This document shows, one piece after another, positions 6,927 to 16,292 of a DNA stretch of 64,000 nucleotides. How positions within the stretch are numbered: the first letter of the stretch is position 1; each line of letters begins with the position of its first letter. The DNA comes from an uncultured bacterium (lineage in GTDB: Bacteria; Patescibacteriota; Minisyncoccia; Moranbacterales; UBA2206): contig CAIKZD010000017.1 in the NCBI GenBank assembly GCA_903831805.1, positions 77,249-141,248 of the forward strand, written 5' to 3'. Position numbers and translations under genes: made by a program. The notes below the pieces were generated by a model. The model was not told where the DNA came from and ran no database searches. It saw nothing but the letters and a program-made list of their open reading frames with translations.

Positions 6927-9509
6927 ATGGAAGAAAACGCTAAATACAACCCTAATGAAATCGAGGCCAAATGGCAGAAATTTTGGCTTGAAAAAGGGAT
7001 TTCTCTGATAGATAAGGATGATGTGACCAAAGAGAAATTCTATATTTTGGATATGTTTCCCTATCCGTCGGGGGCGGGGTTGCATATGGGGCACACTGAG
7101 AGCTATACGGCTAGTGATGCGGTTTATCGCTATAAGAAACTGCAGGGGTTCAATGTGCTGCATCCACAAGGTTTTGACGCTTTTGGGTTGCCAGCGGAAA
7201 ATTACGCCATCAAGACTGGCATTTCGCCGGTGGAAACGACTAAAATAAATATAATCAATTATATCCGGCAGATGCAGTCTTTGGGTTTCGCCTATGATTT
7301 TTCTGAGCAGGCAGTGACGTGCGATCCGGAATATTATAAGTGGACGCAATGGATCTTTGGAGAATTTTTCAAGCAGGGGTTGGTGTACAAAAAAACATCC
7401 AAGACTAATTGGTGTCCTTCGTGTCAAACGGTGATTGCCAATGAACAGGTAGTGGATGGCAAATGCGAAAGATGCGGGACAGAAATCGAACAAAAAGAAG
7501 TGCCGAGTTGGTTTTTTAAAATTACGGATTTTGCCGAAGAACTTATTAATGGTTTGGACAATGTTGATTGGCCTGAATATACCAAGAAGAATCAGAAAAA
7601 TTGGATAGGGAAAAGTGAAGGAGTGACGGTGAAGTTTCAAATTATGCCCTCTCCTGTCCGGAGTACCGGACATCCTCTCCCGAGTACAGGAGAGGATGAA
7701 TGTATTGAAGTTTTTACGACTCGGGTGGATACGATTTTCGGTTGCACCTATGTCGTTCTGGCGCCGGAGAATGAATTGGTTTCTGTGTTGAAGGAACAAT
7801 GCGAGAATAAGGATGAAATAGAAAAATATATCGAGCAGGCGAAAAACAAGACTGAACTGAATCGGATGGAGGCCAAGGAAAAAACCGGCGTGGAGCTGAA
7901 AGGCGTGCGAGCCATCAATCCGTTCAACGATGAAAACGTCCCTGTTTATATTGCGGACTATGTCTTAGCAAGCTATGGCACCGGTGCAGTGATGGCCGTG
8001 CCGGTGCATGACGAACGGGATTGGGAGTTTGCGGATAACCACAATTTGCCGAAAAAAGGCGTTATTATTCCTAGACCTATAAAATCAGGCTTACTCATCG
8101 GTGATGAAATTGATAATGTCGATGAGTCGTATGAACATTTTGACAATTACGCAAATAAAAAAAAGGATAATATTAGAAAAGGCATAGAAATTTTTGTTGA
8201 AGACGGGACCGTAATTGATTCCGGAGAGTTTAATAAATTAAATTCTGACGAGGCGCGGGAAAAAATGGCGGTGTGGCTGGAAGAAAAAAAGCTGGGCAAG
8301 AAAATCGTGAATTATCGTTTGCGGGATTGGTCTATTTCACGGCAACGTTATTGGGGCTGTCCGATCCCGATTGTCTATTCGCCGGACGGTGAAGCGCATC
8401 TGGTGCCGGAAGAGCATCTGCCATGGAAACTGCCAATGGACGTGGACTTTGTGCCGACTGGTATTTCACCTTTGGCCAAATCCGCGGAACTGAAAAAACG
8501 TACGGAAGAAATTTTTGGAGCGGGTTGGACTGCGGAATATGACACGATGGACACCTTTGTCGATTCATCGTGGTATTTTTTGCGTTATCCTGATGCGCAT
8601 AATGACCAAGAATTCTGTTCCAAAGAGAGGCTGAAAAAATGGTTGCCGGTAGACGTGTATATCGGCGGCGCGGAACACACCTACATGCATCTTTTGTTTG
8701 CTAGATTTTTCGTGAAAGCCATGCATCGGATCGGCATTCTTGATTTTGACGAACCGTTTTTGAAGTTGCGGCATCAGGGGATGGTATTGGATAAGGAAGG
8801 AAAAAAGATGTCAAAGTCCAAGGGGAACGTTATCAACCCGGATGATATGGTGGCAAAATTTGGGGCAGACAGTGTGCGGACCTATATGCTTTTTGCGACG
8901 CCACTGGAAGATGCGGTGATGTGGAATGAGAATAATATTGTCGGAGTGAGGAGGTTTTTGGAGAAAGTTTGGAAATTGCAATACAAAATTACAAATTACA
9001 AATTACAAATTACAAATAAAATCCAAAATCCAAATGATCAAAATAAAAAACTAGTTTCGCTCATTAATAAAACGATCAAAAAAGTCGGGGAGGACATTGA
9101 AAATTTCCGGTTCAATACGGCAGTGAGTCAGTTGATGATACTCGTGAATGAGATGGAAAAACAGACAGAAATAGTCGCTGCTGATTATGAAAAATTACTG
9201 CTTTTGCTAGCGTCTTTCGCGCCGCATATTGCGGAGGAAATTTTCCAAAAAGTTTTGGGTCACGAGGAATCAATATTTTTGCAGAAGTGGCCAGAGTTTG
9301 AGGAAGCGTTGACCAAAGACGAAACAATAAATCTAGTATTGCAAGTGAATGGCAAGGTGCGTGATATGGTATCAGTAGGCGCGGACATTGCAGAAGAGGA
9401 GGCGAAAAAAATCGCGCTGGTCAGTGAGAAAATCCAAAAGCATATCGGCGGCAAAGAGGTCAAGAAAATTATTTTTGTTCCAGGTAAATTGGTTAATATT
9501 GTAATCTAA
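6927..9509 (+). CDS. leuS: Leucyl-tRNA synthetase
   Basis: 860 aa; HMGH (HIGH) and KMSKS motifs; N-terminus YNPNEIEAKWQKFW; CP1 editing domain TTRVDTIFG; contains two atypical in-frame insertions (see findings). Confidence 0.97.
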   Translation: MEENAKYNPNEIEAKWQKFWLEKGISLIDKDDVTKEKFYILDMFPYPSGAGLHMGHTESYTASDAVYRYKKLQGFNVLHPQGFDAFGLPAENYAIKTGISPVETTKINIINYIRQMQSLGFAYDFSEQAVTCDPEYYKWTQWIFGEFFKQGLVYKKTSKTNWCPSCQTVIANEQVVDGKCERCGTEIEQKEVPSWFFKITDFAEELINGLDNVDWPEYTKKNQKNWIGKSEGVTVKFQIMPSPVRSTGHPLPSTGEDECIEVFTTRVDTIFGCTYVVLAPENELVSVLKEQCENKDEIEKYIEQAKNKTELNRMEAKEKTGVELKGVRAINPFNDENVPVYIADYVLASYGTGAVMAVPVHDERDWEFADNHNLPKKGVIIPRPIKSGLLIGDEIDNVDESYEHFDNYANKKKDNIRKGIEIFVEDGTVIDSGEFNKLNSDEAREKMAVWLEEKKLGKKIVNYRLRDWSISRQRYWGCPIPIVYSPDGEAHLVPEEHLPWKLPMDVDFVPTGISPLAKSAELKKRTEEIFGAGWTAEYDTMDTFVDSSWYFLRYPDAHNDQEFCSKERLKKWLPVDVYIGGAEHTYMHLLFARFFVKAMHRIGILDFDEPFLKLRHQGMVLDKEGKKMSKSKGNVINPDDMVAKFGADSVRTYMLFATPLEDAVMWNENNIVGVRRFLEKVWKLQYKITNYKLQITNKIQNPNDQNKKLVSLINKTIKKVGEDIENFRFNTAVSQLMILVNEMEKQTEIVAADYEKLLLLLASFAPHIAEEIFQKVLGHEESIFLQKWPEFEEALTKDETINLVLQVNGKVRDMVSVGADIAEEEAKKIALVSEKIQKHIGGKEVKKIIFVPGKLVNIVI
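8983..9050. repeat. In-frame (CAAATTA)n-containing ~65-nt element within leuS
   Basis: acaaaattacaaattacaaattacaaattacaaataaaatccaaaatccaaatgatcaaaataaaaaa; encodes KITNYKLQITNKIQNPNDQNKK. Confidence 0.8.
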
Positions 9510-9515
9510 AAAACT

Positions 9516-10196
9516 ATGCAAGCAGTCATTCTCGCGGCGGGCAAGGGGAAGCGGATGGGGAAGCTGACGGTGGCGGAGACTTCGCTGATGCTGAAAATCA
9601 AAGGCAAGCCGCTTTTGGAATATAAGATTAAGGCGTTGCCGAAAAAGATCAAAGAGGTGATTTTTGTGGTGGGGTATCACAGCATGCACATCATTTCTCA
9701 TTTCAAACATCACTATGATGGCCGGCGGATGATCTATGTTTTGCAAAGCAACTTGAATGGTACCGGCGGAGCCTTGCATCTGGCTAAAAGCATTCTCAAG
9801 GATAAATTTTTAGTGATCATGGGAGATGATCTATATCATAAAAAAGATTTGGAAGAAATGCTGGCCTATGACTTGGCGATTATGGGGCACGCCGTGACTG
9901 ACCCCAGTCTCTTTGGAATGATTAAGGATGATGGTCATGGCCTGATGCTGGACGTCATTGAAAAACCCCAAACCTCGCGCCATAAATTGGCCAACGTCGG
10001 CGTGTATATGTTGAACCGGGATTTTTTCGAATATGAGCTGGTACCGGTGGGGAACGGAGAATTCGGTTTGCCCCAAACATTGGCAGCGATGGCGGCGCAG
10101 CATAAGATAAAAATCCATAAAGCGCGGGCGTGGCATCCGATCGGGAGCCAGGAAGATTTGAAACGCGCCGAAGAGCTTATCCAAACTTTCTTATGA
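9516..10196 (+). CDS. Sugar-phosphate nucleotidyltransferase (NTP-transferase family)
   Basis: N-terminal ILAAGKGKRMG glycine-rich NTP_transferase signature; 226 aa. Confidence 0.7.
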   Translation: MQAVILAAGKGKRMGKLTVAETSLMLKIKGKPLLEYKIKALPKKIKEVIFVVGYHSMHIISHFKHHYDGRRMIYVLQSNLNGTGGALHLAKSILKDKFLVIMGDDLYHKKDLEEMLAYDLAIMGHAVTDPSLFGMIKDDGHGLMLDVIEKPQTSRHKLANVGVYMLNRDFFEYELVPVGNGEFGLPQTLAAMAAQHKIKIHKARAWHPIGSQEDLKRAEELIQTFL

Positions 10197-11218
10197 GCAC
10201 TAAAAACGTCGTCACTATCGGCGGAGGGACCGGCAGTTTCACCCTTCTCTCAGGTCTCAAAAAATATCCGATCAACATTGCGGCTATTGTGTCGATGGCC
10301 GATGATGGCGGTTCGACCGGCGTCTTGCGCGATGAACTCGGGGTGTTGCCACCGGGAGACGTGCGGCAATGTCTGGTGGCACTCTCGGAATCGTCGGAGA
10401 CGCTGCGAAAATTGATGACGTATCGCTTTGAAAAGGGCGGCCTTAAAGGACATAATTTCGGTAATTTGTTTTTGTCCGCTTTGGAAAAAACCGAAGGCGG
10501 GTTCACCCAAGGGGTGGAAGAGGCGGCCAAAATTTTAAACGTGAAAGGGGAAGTCATTCCGGTGACTAAGCAAGACACTAATTTATATCTGCTGCTAAAA
10601 AATGGCAAACTGCTTTCCGGCGAAGAGCAGATCAATCATAATTTTGAAATTGAAAAAGCGGGCATTGCTAAAAACTATTTGCAGCCGCGCGCCGTGGCTA
10701 ACCCGAAAGCTATTGAAAAAATCTTAGCCGCCGACCTGATTGTTATCGGGCCGGGCAATCACTATTGCAGCATCATGCCTAATTTTCTGGTAAAAGGCAT
10801 TGCGGACGCAATTTGTAAATCCAAGGCTAAGGTAGTGTATAACTGCAATCTGGTCAATAAGAAAGGCCATACGGAAAAGTTCACACTAGATGACTATATA
10901 CGTTCGTTGGATAAATATCTGCCGGCGAAAAGGATTGATTTCGTCACTTTTAATGCGACCAAGCCGAATGAGAGTTTGATCCGGAAATATGAAGGGCAGC
11001 GTGCGCTTTTGATTAAATTCAGAGAGAGTGATGAAGAAAGAAGTTATCGCGTAGTGCGGACCGATCTTTTGAGTAAGATAAAACCGAGGTACAGCGCGGC
11101 GGATGTGACCGCTCCGCACCGCGCTTTTATCCGGCATGACAGTGAAAAATTAGCCAAGACCTTGATGATGATTATGGAACTGGGGGAATATGAGAATATA
11201 ATCCGGGATATAATCTAG
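10193..11218 (+). CDS. YvcK/CofD-family (UPF0052) gluconeogenesis-factor-like protein
   Basis: MSTKNVVTIGGGTGSFTLLSGLKKY... GPGNHYCSIMPN; start reassigned to the ATGA overlap; the track ORF from 10130 is over-extended. Confidence 0.7.
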   Translation: MSTKNVVTIGGGTGSFTLLSGLKKYPINIAAIVSMADDGGSTGVLRDELGVLPPGDVRQCLVALSESSETLRKLMTYRFEKGGLKGHNFGNLFLSALEKTEGGFTQGVEEAAKILNVKGEVIPVTKQDTNLYLLLKNGKLLSGEEQINHNFEIEKAGIAKNYLQPRAVANPKAIEKILAADLIVIGPGNHYCSIMPNFLVKGIADAICKSKAKVVYNCNLVNKKGHTEKFTLDDYIRSLDKYLPAKRIDFVTFNATKPNESLIRKYEGQRALLIKFRESDEERSYRVVRTDLLSKIKPRYSAADVTAPHRAFIRHDSEKLAKTLMMIMELGEYENIIRDII

Positions 11219-11227
11219 GTTAGCTAC

Positions 11228-11557
11228 ATGGATATTCGCGCCATTAAAAATGATCGGGTGTATTTTTGGACCAACCACGCCAAGTATAAATTATTGCAAT
11301 ATGGGCTGAGCCCGACGGCTATCAAAAATGTTATGCGGCGGCCGGAAAGGACGGAAGAAGGCATTGCGCCGGAGACGACTGCGGTGATGCGGCGGAAAGA
11401 TGGCAAAAAAGTGAAGCGGGAGATTTGGGTGATGTATCAGAAGTCCGGGATTAAGAAGAAAATTATTTCGGCCTGGATCTATCCGGGAGTCAGTCCGCAA
11501 GATAGGGAAATTTTCGTGCCAGAAGAAGTGTGGGCGGCGTTGAGTAATTTAGAATAA
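11228..11557 (+). CDS. Hypothetical small protein (DUF4258-like?)
   Basis: 109 aa; weak resemblance (HAKYKLLQYGLS...I.NVM) to DUF4258; no partner gene evident. Confidence 0.35.
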   Translation: MDIRAIKNDRVYFWTNHAKYKLLQYGLSPTAIKNVMRRPERTEEGIAPETTAVMRRKDGKKVKREIWVMYQKSGIKKKIISAWIYPGVSPQDREIFVPEEVWAALSNLE

Positions 11558-11567
11558 AAATAAAAAA

Positions 11568-13034
11568 ATGGAAAATAAAAATATTCAGAAAATATCCCAA
11601 GAAAAATTTTTTACTTTGTCGGAATTCCGCCATCGAGTCGGCATCCCTCTCATTATGGCCAAAAAGTTAGTCATGTGGGGCGAGGTTGAAGCGGTGCGGG
11701 CCATTGACGGCACATGGCTCATTGCAGAAACGGAAGTGGTGAAAGTGGCGGAGCTGATCAAAAATCCTTGGAAAAAAATGTACTTTTTCTTTCGCGCCTT
11801 AGGGCCGGGCGTGATTACCGGTGCTTCGGATGATGATCCGAGCGGCATTGGGACCTATTCTTCCGTGGGAGCGCAATTCGGTTTGGGACTTTTATGGATG
11901 GCGGCCTGGATCCTGCCGATGATGATGGCCATCCAAGAAGCGTGCGCGCGGATTGGGATTGTGACCAATCGAGGACTAGCCGGCGTTTTGCAGAAGCACT
12001 ATAGACGCAAAGTGATGGTGGGCATCGTTTCCATCCTTATCCTGGCCAACGTCATCAATATTGGAGCGGATTTGGGTGCGATGGCTAAATCTTTGCAGAT
12101 GCTCATGCATGTCAATTTTTATCTGGCCGCTATCGCCTTTGCGGCGGTCATTATTTTCCTAGAAGTTTTTGTGGGCTATCACACGTATGTCAAAATTTTA
12201 AAATGGTTGGCAATTTCAGTTTTGGCTTATGTGGTAACTGGCATTATTATTAAACCTGATTGGCATGCCGTCCTGGTGGCCACAATTATTCCGAAGATGA
12301 ATTTCAGTCGAGAATATTTGTTTGCGATCGTGGCGGTGTTCGGTACTAGTATCACACCCTACTTGTTTTTTTGGCAGACTTCGGAAGAGGTGGAAGAGAA
12401 CAAAAAAGACAAAAAAATCTTTCGCAGTTTGCATCAGAAAGATGACCGCACGATGGTCAACCGGATTGCCAAAATGCGCACAGACGTCGGCACTGGCATG
12501 ATCTTGGCGAATGTCGTGTTCTTTTTTATTGTTGTTACTACGGCGCAAGTTCTGTTCAAAAATGGCATTTTCAACGTGGATTCGCCGGAGCAAGCGGCTT
12601 TGGCACTTCGTCCGCTCGCCGGCGACTATGCTTATTTGATGTTTGCCTTCGGCATCATCGGGACCGGACTTTTGGCGGTGCCGATCCTGGCGGGCTCCGG
12701 CGCCTATGCCCTGTCTGAAACGATGAAATGGCAAGAAGGATTGGAAGAGAAATTTTCGCGGGCCAAAGGATTCTATCTGGTGATCATTGTTTCCATTCTG
12801 GTCGGACTGGCGCTGAATTTTTTCCATATCAATCCAATCGCGGCGCTCTACTATTCCGCATTTTTGAATGGCGTGATTTCTTTGCCGCTCCTGGTGGCCA
12901 TCATGATCGTGAGTGATGACAAGAAAATCATGGGCCGCGAAAGCAACCCCATGTGGGTCAGAATTTTTGGTTGGTTCGCCGTAGTCTTCATTGCCGGCGT
13001 GCTCACTCTCTCTGGCATATTATATTTCACTTAA
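11568..13034 (+). CDS. mntH: NRAMP-family divalent metal transporter
   Basis: GPGVITGASDDDPSGIGTYSSVGAQFG consensus NRAMP motif; 11 TM; about 60-aa N-terminal extension, so the true start may be an internal Met. Confidence 0.8.
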   Translation: MENKNIQKISQEKFFTLSEFRHRVGIPLIMAKKLVMWGEVEAVRAIDGTWLIAETEVVKVAELIKNPWKKMYFFFRALGPGVITGASDDDPSGIGTYSSVGAQFGLGLLWMAAWILPMMMAIQEACARIGIVTNRGLAGVLQKHYRRKVMVGIVSILILANVINIGADLGAMAKSLQMLMHVNFYLAAIAFAAVIIFLEVFVGYHTYVKILKWLAISVLAYVVTGIIIKPDWHAVLVATIIPKMNFSREYLFAIVAVFGTSITPYLFFWQTSEEVEENKKDKKIFRSLHQKDDRTMVNRIAKMRTDVGTGMILANVVFFFIVVTTAQVLFKNGIFNVDSPEQAALALRPLAGDYAYLMFAFGIIGTGLLAVPILAGSGAYALSETMKWQEGLEEKFSRAKGFYLVIIVSILVGLALNFFHINPIAALYYSAFLNGVISLPLLVAIMIVSDDKKIMGRESNPMWVRIFGWFAVVFIAGVLTLSGILYFT

Positions 13035-13094
13035 TAGCTTTTTAATCCAGAACATCATTGCCAGATCCATCTCCTTGGGGTAAGATTATAGTCT

Positions 13095-14129
13095 ATGAAT
13101 ATTACTAAATTGGAAAAATTTTTAGGAGAAAATGGGCAGCCGAAATTCCGCCTAGAACAGCTCAAAAAAGCCATTTTTAAGGAAGCTGTGGCCAGTTTTT
13201 CAGAAATTTCCACACTGAGCAAAGACTTGCGCGATGAGTTGGAAAAAGAAATGAAAATCTTGTCTTTTTCTGTGGAAAAAGTCTTAGTGGCCAAAGACAA
13301 GAAATCTATGAAAGCTCTTTTGAAATTGAACGATGGCAATCTGATTGAGACAGTCTTGCTTTCTCCGCTGGAAAATACTTGGTCGGTGTGTGTTTCCTCG
13401 CAAGTGGGCTGCCCGCTGGGGTGTGAATTTTGCTCTACCGGCCGCTCGGGTTTCAAGCGTAATCTGACCGCGGAAGAAATAACGGATCAAGTTTTGTTTT
13501 GGAAACAATGGCTGAAAAATAATTTTGAATTTAAAATTAAAAATTACGACGTTAGCAAAGTCGTCTATATGGGGATGGGGGAACCGTTTTTAAATTGGGA
13601 ACAGGTGAAAAAAAGCTTGACGGATCTGACCGATCCGAAATTATTCGGCTTTGGCGCGCGCAGTCTATCTGTTTCCACGGCGGGCATTCCCGAAGGGATT
13701 GCCAAGATGGCCGAGGATTTTCCTCAGATAAATTTAGCATTGTCACTGCATTTCGGCGTGGACGAAAAAAGAAGTGCCTGTATGCCAATCAATCGCCAAT
13801 ATGATTTAACTGAATTACGTGAAGCTTTGCAAAAATATTTTAAATTGTCCAATCGCCAAGTTTTTTTGGAATATGTCATGCTTGACGGAATAAACGACAG
13901 CCAAAAAGACGCGGAAGCGCTGGCACGCTTTGTGAAATCGATCGGAAAATTACAATTGCTGCACATCAATCTGATCCGCTACAACGCTACGGATGCGAAA
14001 TTCAAGGCTTCTTCCAAAGAGCATACGCTGAAATTAAAAAATTATTTATTAGATCAGAATTTGAGCGTAACCATTCGGAAAAGTTTGGGGGAAGAAATTC
14101 AAGGGGCATGCGGACAGTTGGCTGCATAA
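13095..14129 (+). CDS. rlmN: 23S rRNA/tRNA adenine-C2 methyltransferase, radical SAM (RlmN/Cfr family)
   Basis: CPLGCEFCSTG radical-SAM CxxxCxxC; RlmN-like N-terminal domain; 344 aa. Confidence 0.85.
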   Translation: MNITKLEKFLGENGQPKFRLEQLKKAIFKEAVASFSEISTLSKDLRDELEKEMKILSFSVEKVLVAKDKKSMKALLKLNDGNLIETVLLSPLENTWSVCVSSQVGCPLGCEFCSTGRSGFKRNLTAEEITDQVLFWKQWLKNNFEFKIKNYDVSKVVYMGMGEPFLNWEQVKKSLTDLTDPKLFGFGARSLSVSTAGIPEGIAKMAEDFPQINLALSLHFGVDEKRSACMPINRQYDLTELREALQKYFKLSNRQVFLEYVMLDGINDSQKDAEALARFVKSIGKLQLLHINLIRYNATDAKFKASSKEHTLKLKNYLLDQNLSVTIRKSLGEEIQGACGQLAA

Positions 14130-14135
14130 AATTTT

Positions 14136-15995
14136 ATGAAAAAAAATCCTCAAAAATTATTGGACAAAATCAATTTGCCGGCGGACGTTCGGAAATTACA
14201 ACCGGCAGAATTGCCAGCACTGTGCCAAGAAGTGCGGCAGTTTTTGATCGATAGTGTGGCGACGACCGGTGGACATTTTGGTTCGAACTTGGGCGTGGTG
14301 GAATTGACGGTGGCTTTGCATTATGTTTTTGAAACCCCGAAAGATAAATTGATCTGGGACGTGGGGCATCAAAGTTATCCGCATAAAATTTTGACCGGGC
14401 GAAAAGACCGGATGTTTACGATTAGGAAAAAGGATGGTCTCGCACCTTTCCCGCGGCGAGAAGAAAGTGAATATGATGTTTTTAATGTAGGTCATTCCAG
14501 CACATCCATCGGGGCGGCGGCGGGGATGGCGATTGCTAATCAGAATCGAAAAAGTCCGGCGCAAGTAGTGGCCATTATTGGCGACGGTGCGCTGACCGGC
14601 GGCATGGCCCTGGAAGCGTTGAATCATGCCGGCGACGCGGCGTTGGATATACTAGTGATCTTAAATGACAATAAGATGTCCATTTCGCCGAACGTGGGCG
14701 GGATGGGCAAATATCTGACGCGGCTCATCTCCTCGCCGGCCTACGTGAAAACGCGAGCTAAGGGGCGGGAACTTTTCGAGGTGGCGCCGCGCCTCAAGAA
14801 AATTTTGATGCGCGCCGAGAGTCACACCAAGGGCATGATAGTGCCTGGCACATTATTTGAAGAATTGGGCTTTGAATATTATGGACCGATTGATGGGCAT
14901 GATGTTACCGCACTAGTGGAAGTGCTATCCAATCTGAAAAAGATCAAGGGGCCGAAATTTTTGCATATCATCACTAAGAAAGGCAAGGGCTATGCGCCGG
15001 CTGAAAAGGATCGTTTGAGTTTTCACGCCGTCAAACCGTTTGATCCGGTGACGGGCAAAAATATTCCCGGCAAGCAAAAAAGTTTGAGTTACACTGACAT
15101 TTTTTCACAGTGGATAGTTGTGAAAGCCAAAGCTGAAAAAAATCTGCACGCTGTTACGCCGGCCATGTGTCATGGTTCCGGTTTAGTAGAATTTAAGGAA
15201 AAATTTCCGGCGCGCTATCATGATGTCGGTATCGCGGAGCAACATGCTTTAATCTTGGCCGCCGGTTTGGCCGTGGCGGGGAAATTTCCGGTGGTGGCCA
15301 TCTATTCTTCTTTTTTGCAACGAGCCTATGACCAACTCATTCATGATATCGCACTGCAAAATCTGAATGTCCTTTTGGCTATTGATCGCGCGGGGATTGT
15401 CGGACCGGACGGCGCTACGCATGCCGGTAGTTTTGACCTGTCATTCATGCGCATCATTCCCAATCTCGTCATCATGGCGCCGAGCAACAAAAATGAATGT
15501 TACGCCATGCTGGAAGCCGGCTTTAATCATGCTGGACCGGCCGCAGTGCGCTATCCGCGCGGGGGAGATGAAGATGAATTTGATGAGAATAAAAATGAAA
15601 AAATCGAAATTGGGAAAGCTAAAATTCTGCGCACTGGAAAAAAGATAGTTATTCTAGCGTTTGGAGTCATGGTGGAAAGGTGCAAGTCAGTGGCCGAAAA
15701 TTTGGATGCTACTTTAGTCGATATGCGCTTTGTGAAACCCCTTGACGAAAAATTGTTACATGAATTAGCGAAGACGCATCAATATTTTGTGACCGTGGAA
15801 GATAATGCCGTGGCTGGCGGAGCGGGGAGTGCGGTGGCGGAATTTGTGGTGAATAATAAACTTGATGTCAAAGTAAAAAACTTGGGCTTGCCCGACGAAT
15901 TCCTGCCCCACGGCACGCGGGAAGAAATCCTGGCCGAAGCGGGGCTGTCGGGGGAGGGGATTGAAAGGGCAGTGAAAAAATATAATATATTTTAA
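14136..15995 (+). CDS. dxs: 1-deoxy-D-xylulose-5-phosphate synthase
   Basis: GHFGSNLGVVELTVALHYVF..DKLIWDVGHQSYPHKILTGR; TPP-binding and transketolase-like domains; 619 aa. Confidence 0.95.
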   Translation: MKKNPQKLLDKINLPADVRKLQPAELPALCQEVRQFLIDSVATTGGHFGSNLGVVELTVALHYVFETPKDKLIWDVGHQSYPHKILTGRKDRMFTIRKKDGLAPFPRREESEYDVFNVGHSSTSIGAAAGMAIANQNRKSPAQVVAIIGDGALTGGMALEALNHAGDAALDILVILNDNKMSISPNVGGMGKYLTRLISSPAYVKTRAKGRELFEVAPRLKKILMRAESHTKGMIVPGTLFEELGFEYYGPIDGHDVTALVEVLSNLKKIKGPKFLHIITKKGKGYAPAEKDRLSFHAVKPFDPVTGKNIPGKQKSLSYTDIFSQWIVVKAKAEKNLHAVTPAMCHGSGLVEFKEKFPARYHDVGIAEQHALILAAGLAVAGKFPVVAIYSSFLQRAYDQLIHDIALQNLNVLLAIDRAGIVGPDGATHAGSFDLSFMRIIPNLVIMAPSNKNECYAMLEAGFNHAGPAAVRYPRGGDEDEFDENKNEKIEIGKAKILRTGKKIVILAFGVMVERCKSVAENLDATLVDMRFVKPLDEKLLHELAKTHQYFVTVEDNAVAGGAGSAVAEFVVNNKLDVKVKNLGLPDEFLPHGTREEILAEAGLSGEGIERAVKKYNIF

Positions 15996-16027
15996 TGTGA
16001 ATTATTATGGAAAGTGAAAAGGGATTT

Positions 16028-16204
16028 ATGCCGATGTTACAATCGGATAGCAAGAAAAAAGGACGGAAGGTATGTGCGTGGTGCAATAAATATTTGGGCG
16101 AGTAGGAAGGGGAAGGTATTAGTCATGGGATGTGTGAAAAATGTTTCAATGAGGAGATGGAAAAAGAAGATAAAGCTTCTGCGAAGAATGAAAACGAAAA
16201 GTCA
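16028..16204 (+). pseudogene. Small CxxC...CxxC zinc-ribbon ORF interrupted by an in-frame TAG
   Basis: MPMLQSDSKKKGRKVCAWCNKYLGE-TAG-EGEGISHGMCEKCFNEEMEKEDKASAKNENEKSSSEK in one frame; stop at 16103-16105. Confidence 0.35.
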
Positions 16205-16292
16205 TCTAGTGAAAAATAATGTGCGTAGGATTGTCAATTAAGGTAAAAAAGGTATAATTAAGATAGCTAAGAAACAAAAGTAGAAGTACGGG

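Noticed and set aside
6903-7799. 298-aa minus-strand ORF antisense to leuS, and similar long antisense ORFs (e.g. 20848..21429, 52481..53143, 58066..58560)
   Set aside because: Each lies entirely within a strongly supported conserved gene on the opposite strand and has low-complexity, unbiased composition; they are shadow ORFs.
16014-16241. Track ORF 16014..16241 (75 aa, K/R-rich) as the real gene downstream of dxs
   Set aside because: Another frame encodes a coherent CxxC...CxxC zinc-ribbon peptide (interrupted by one TAG), which is more protein-like than the basic low-complexity track ORF.
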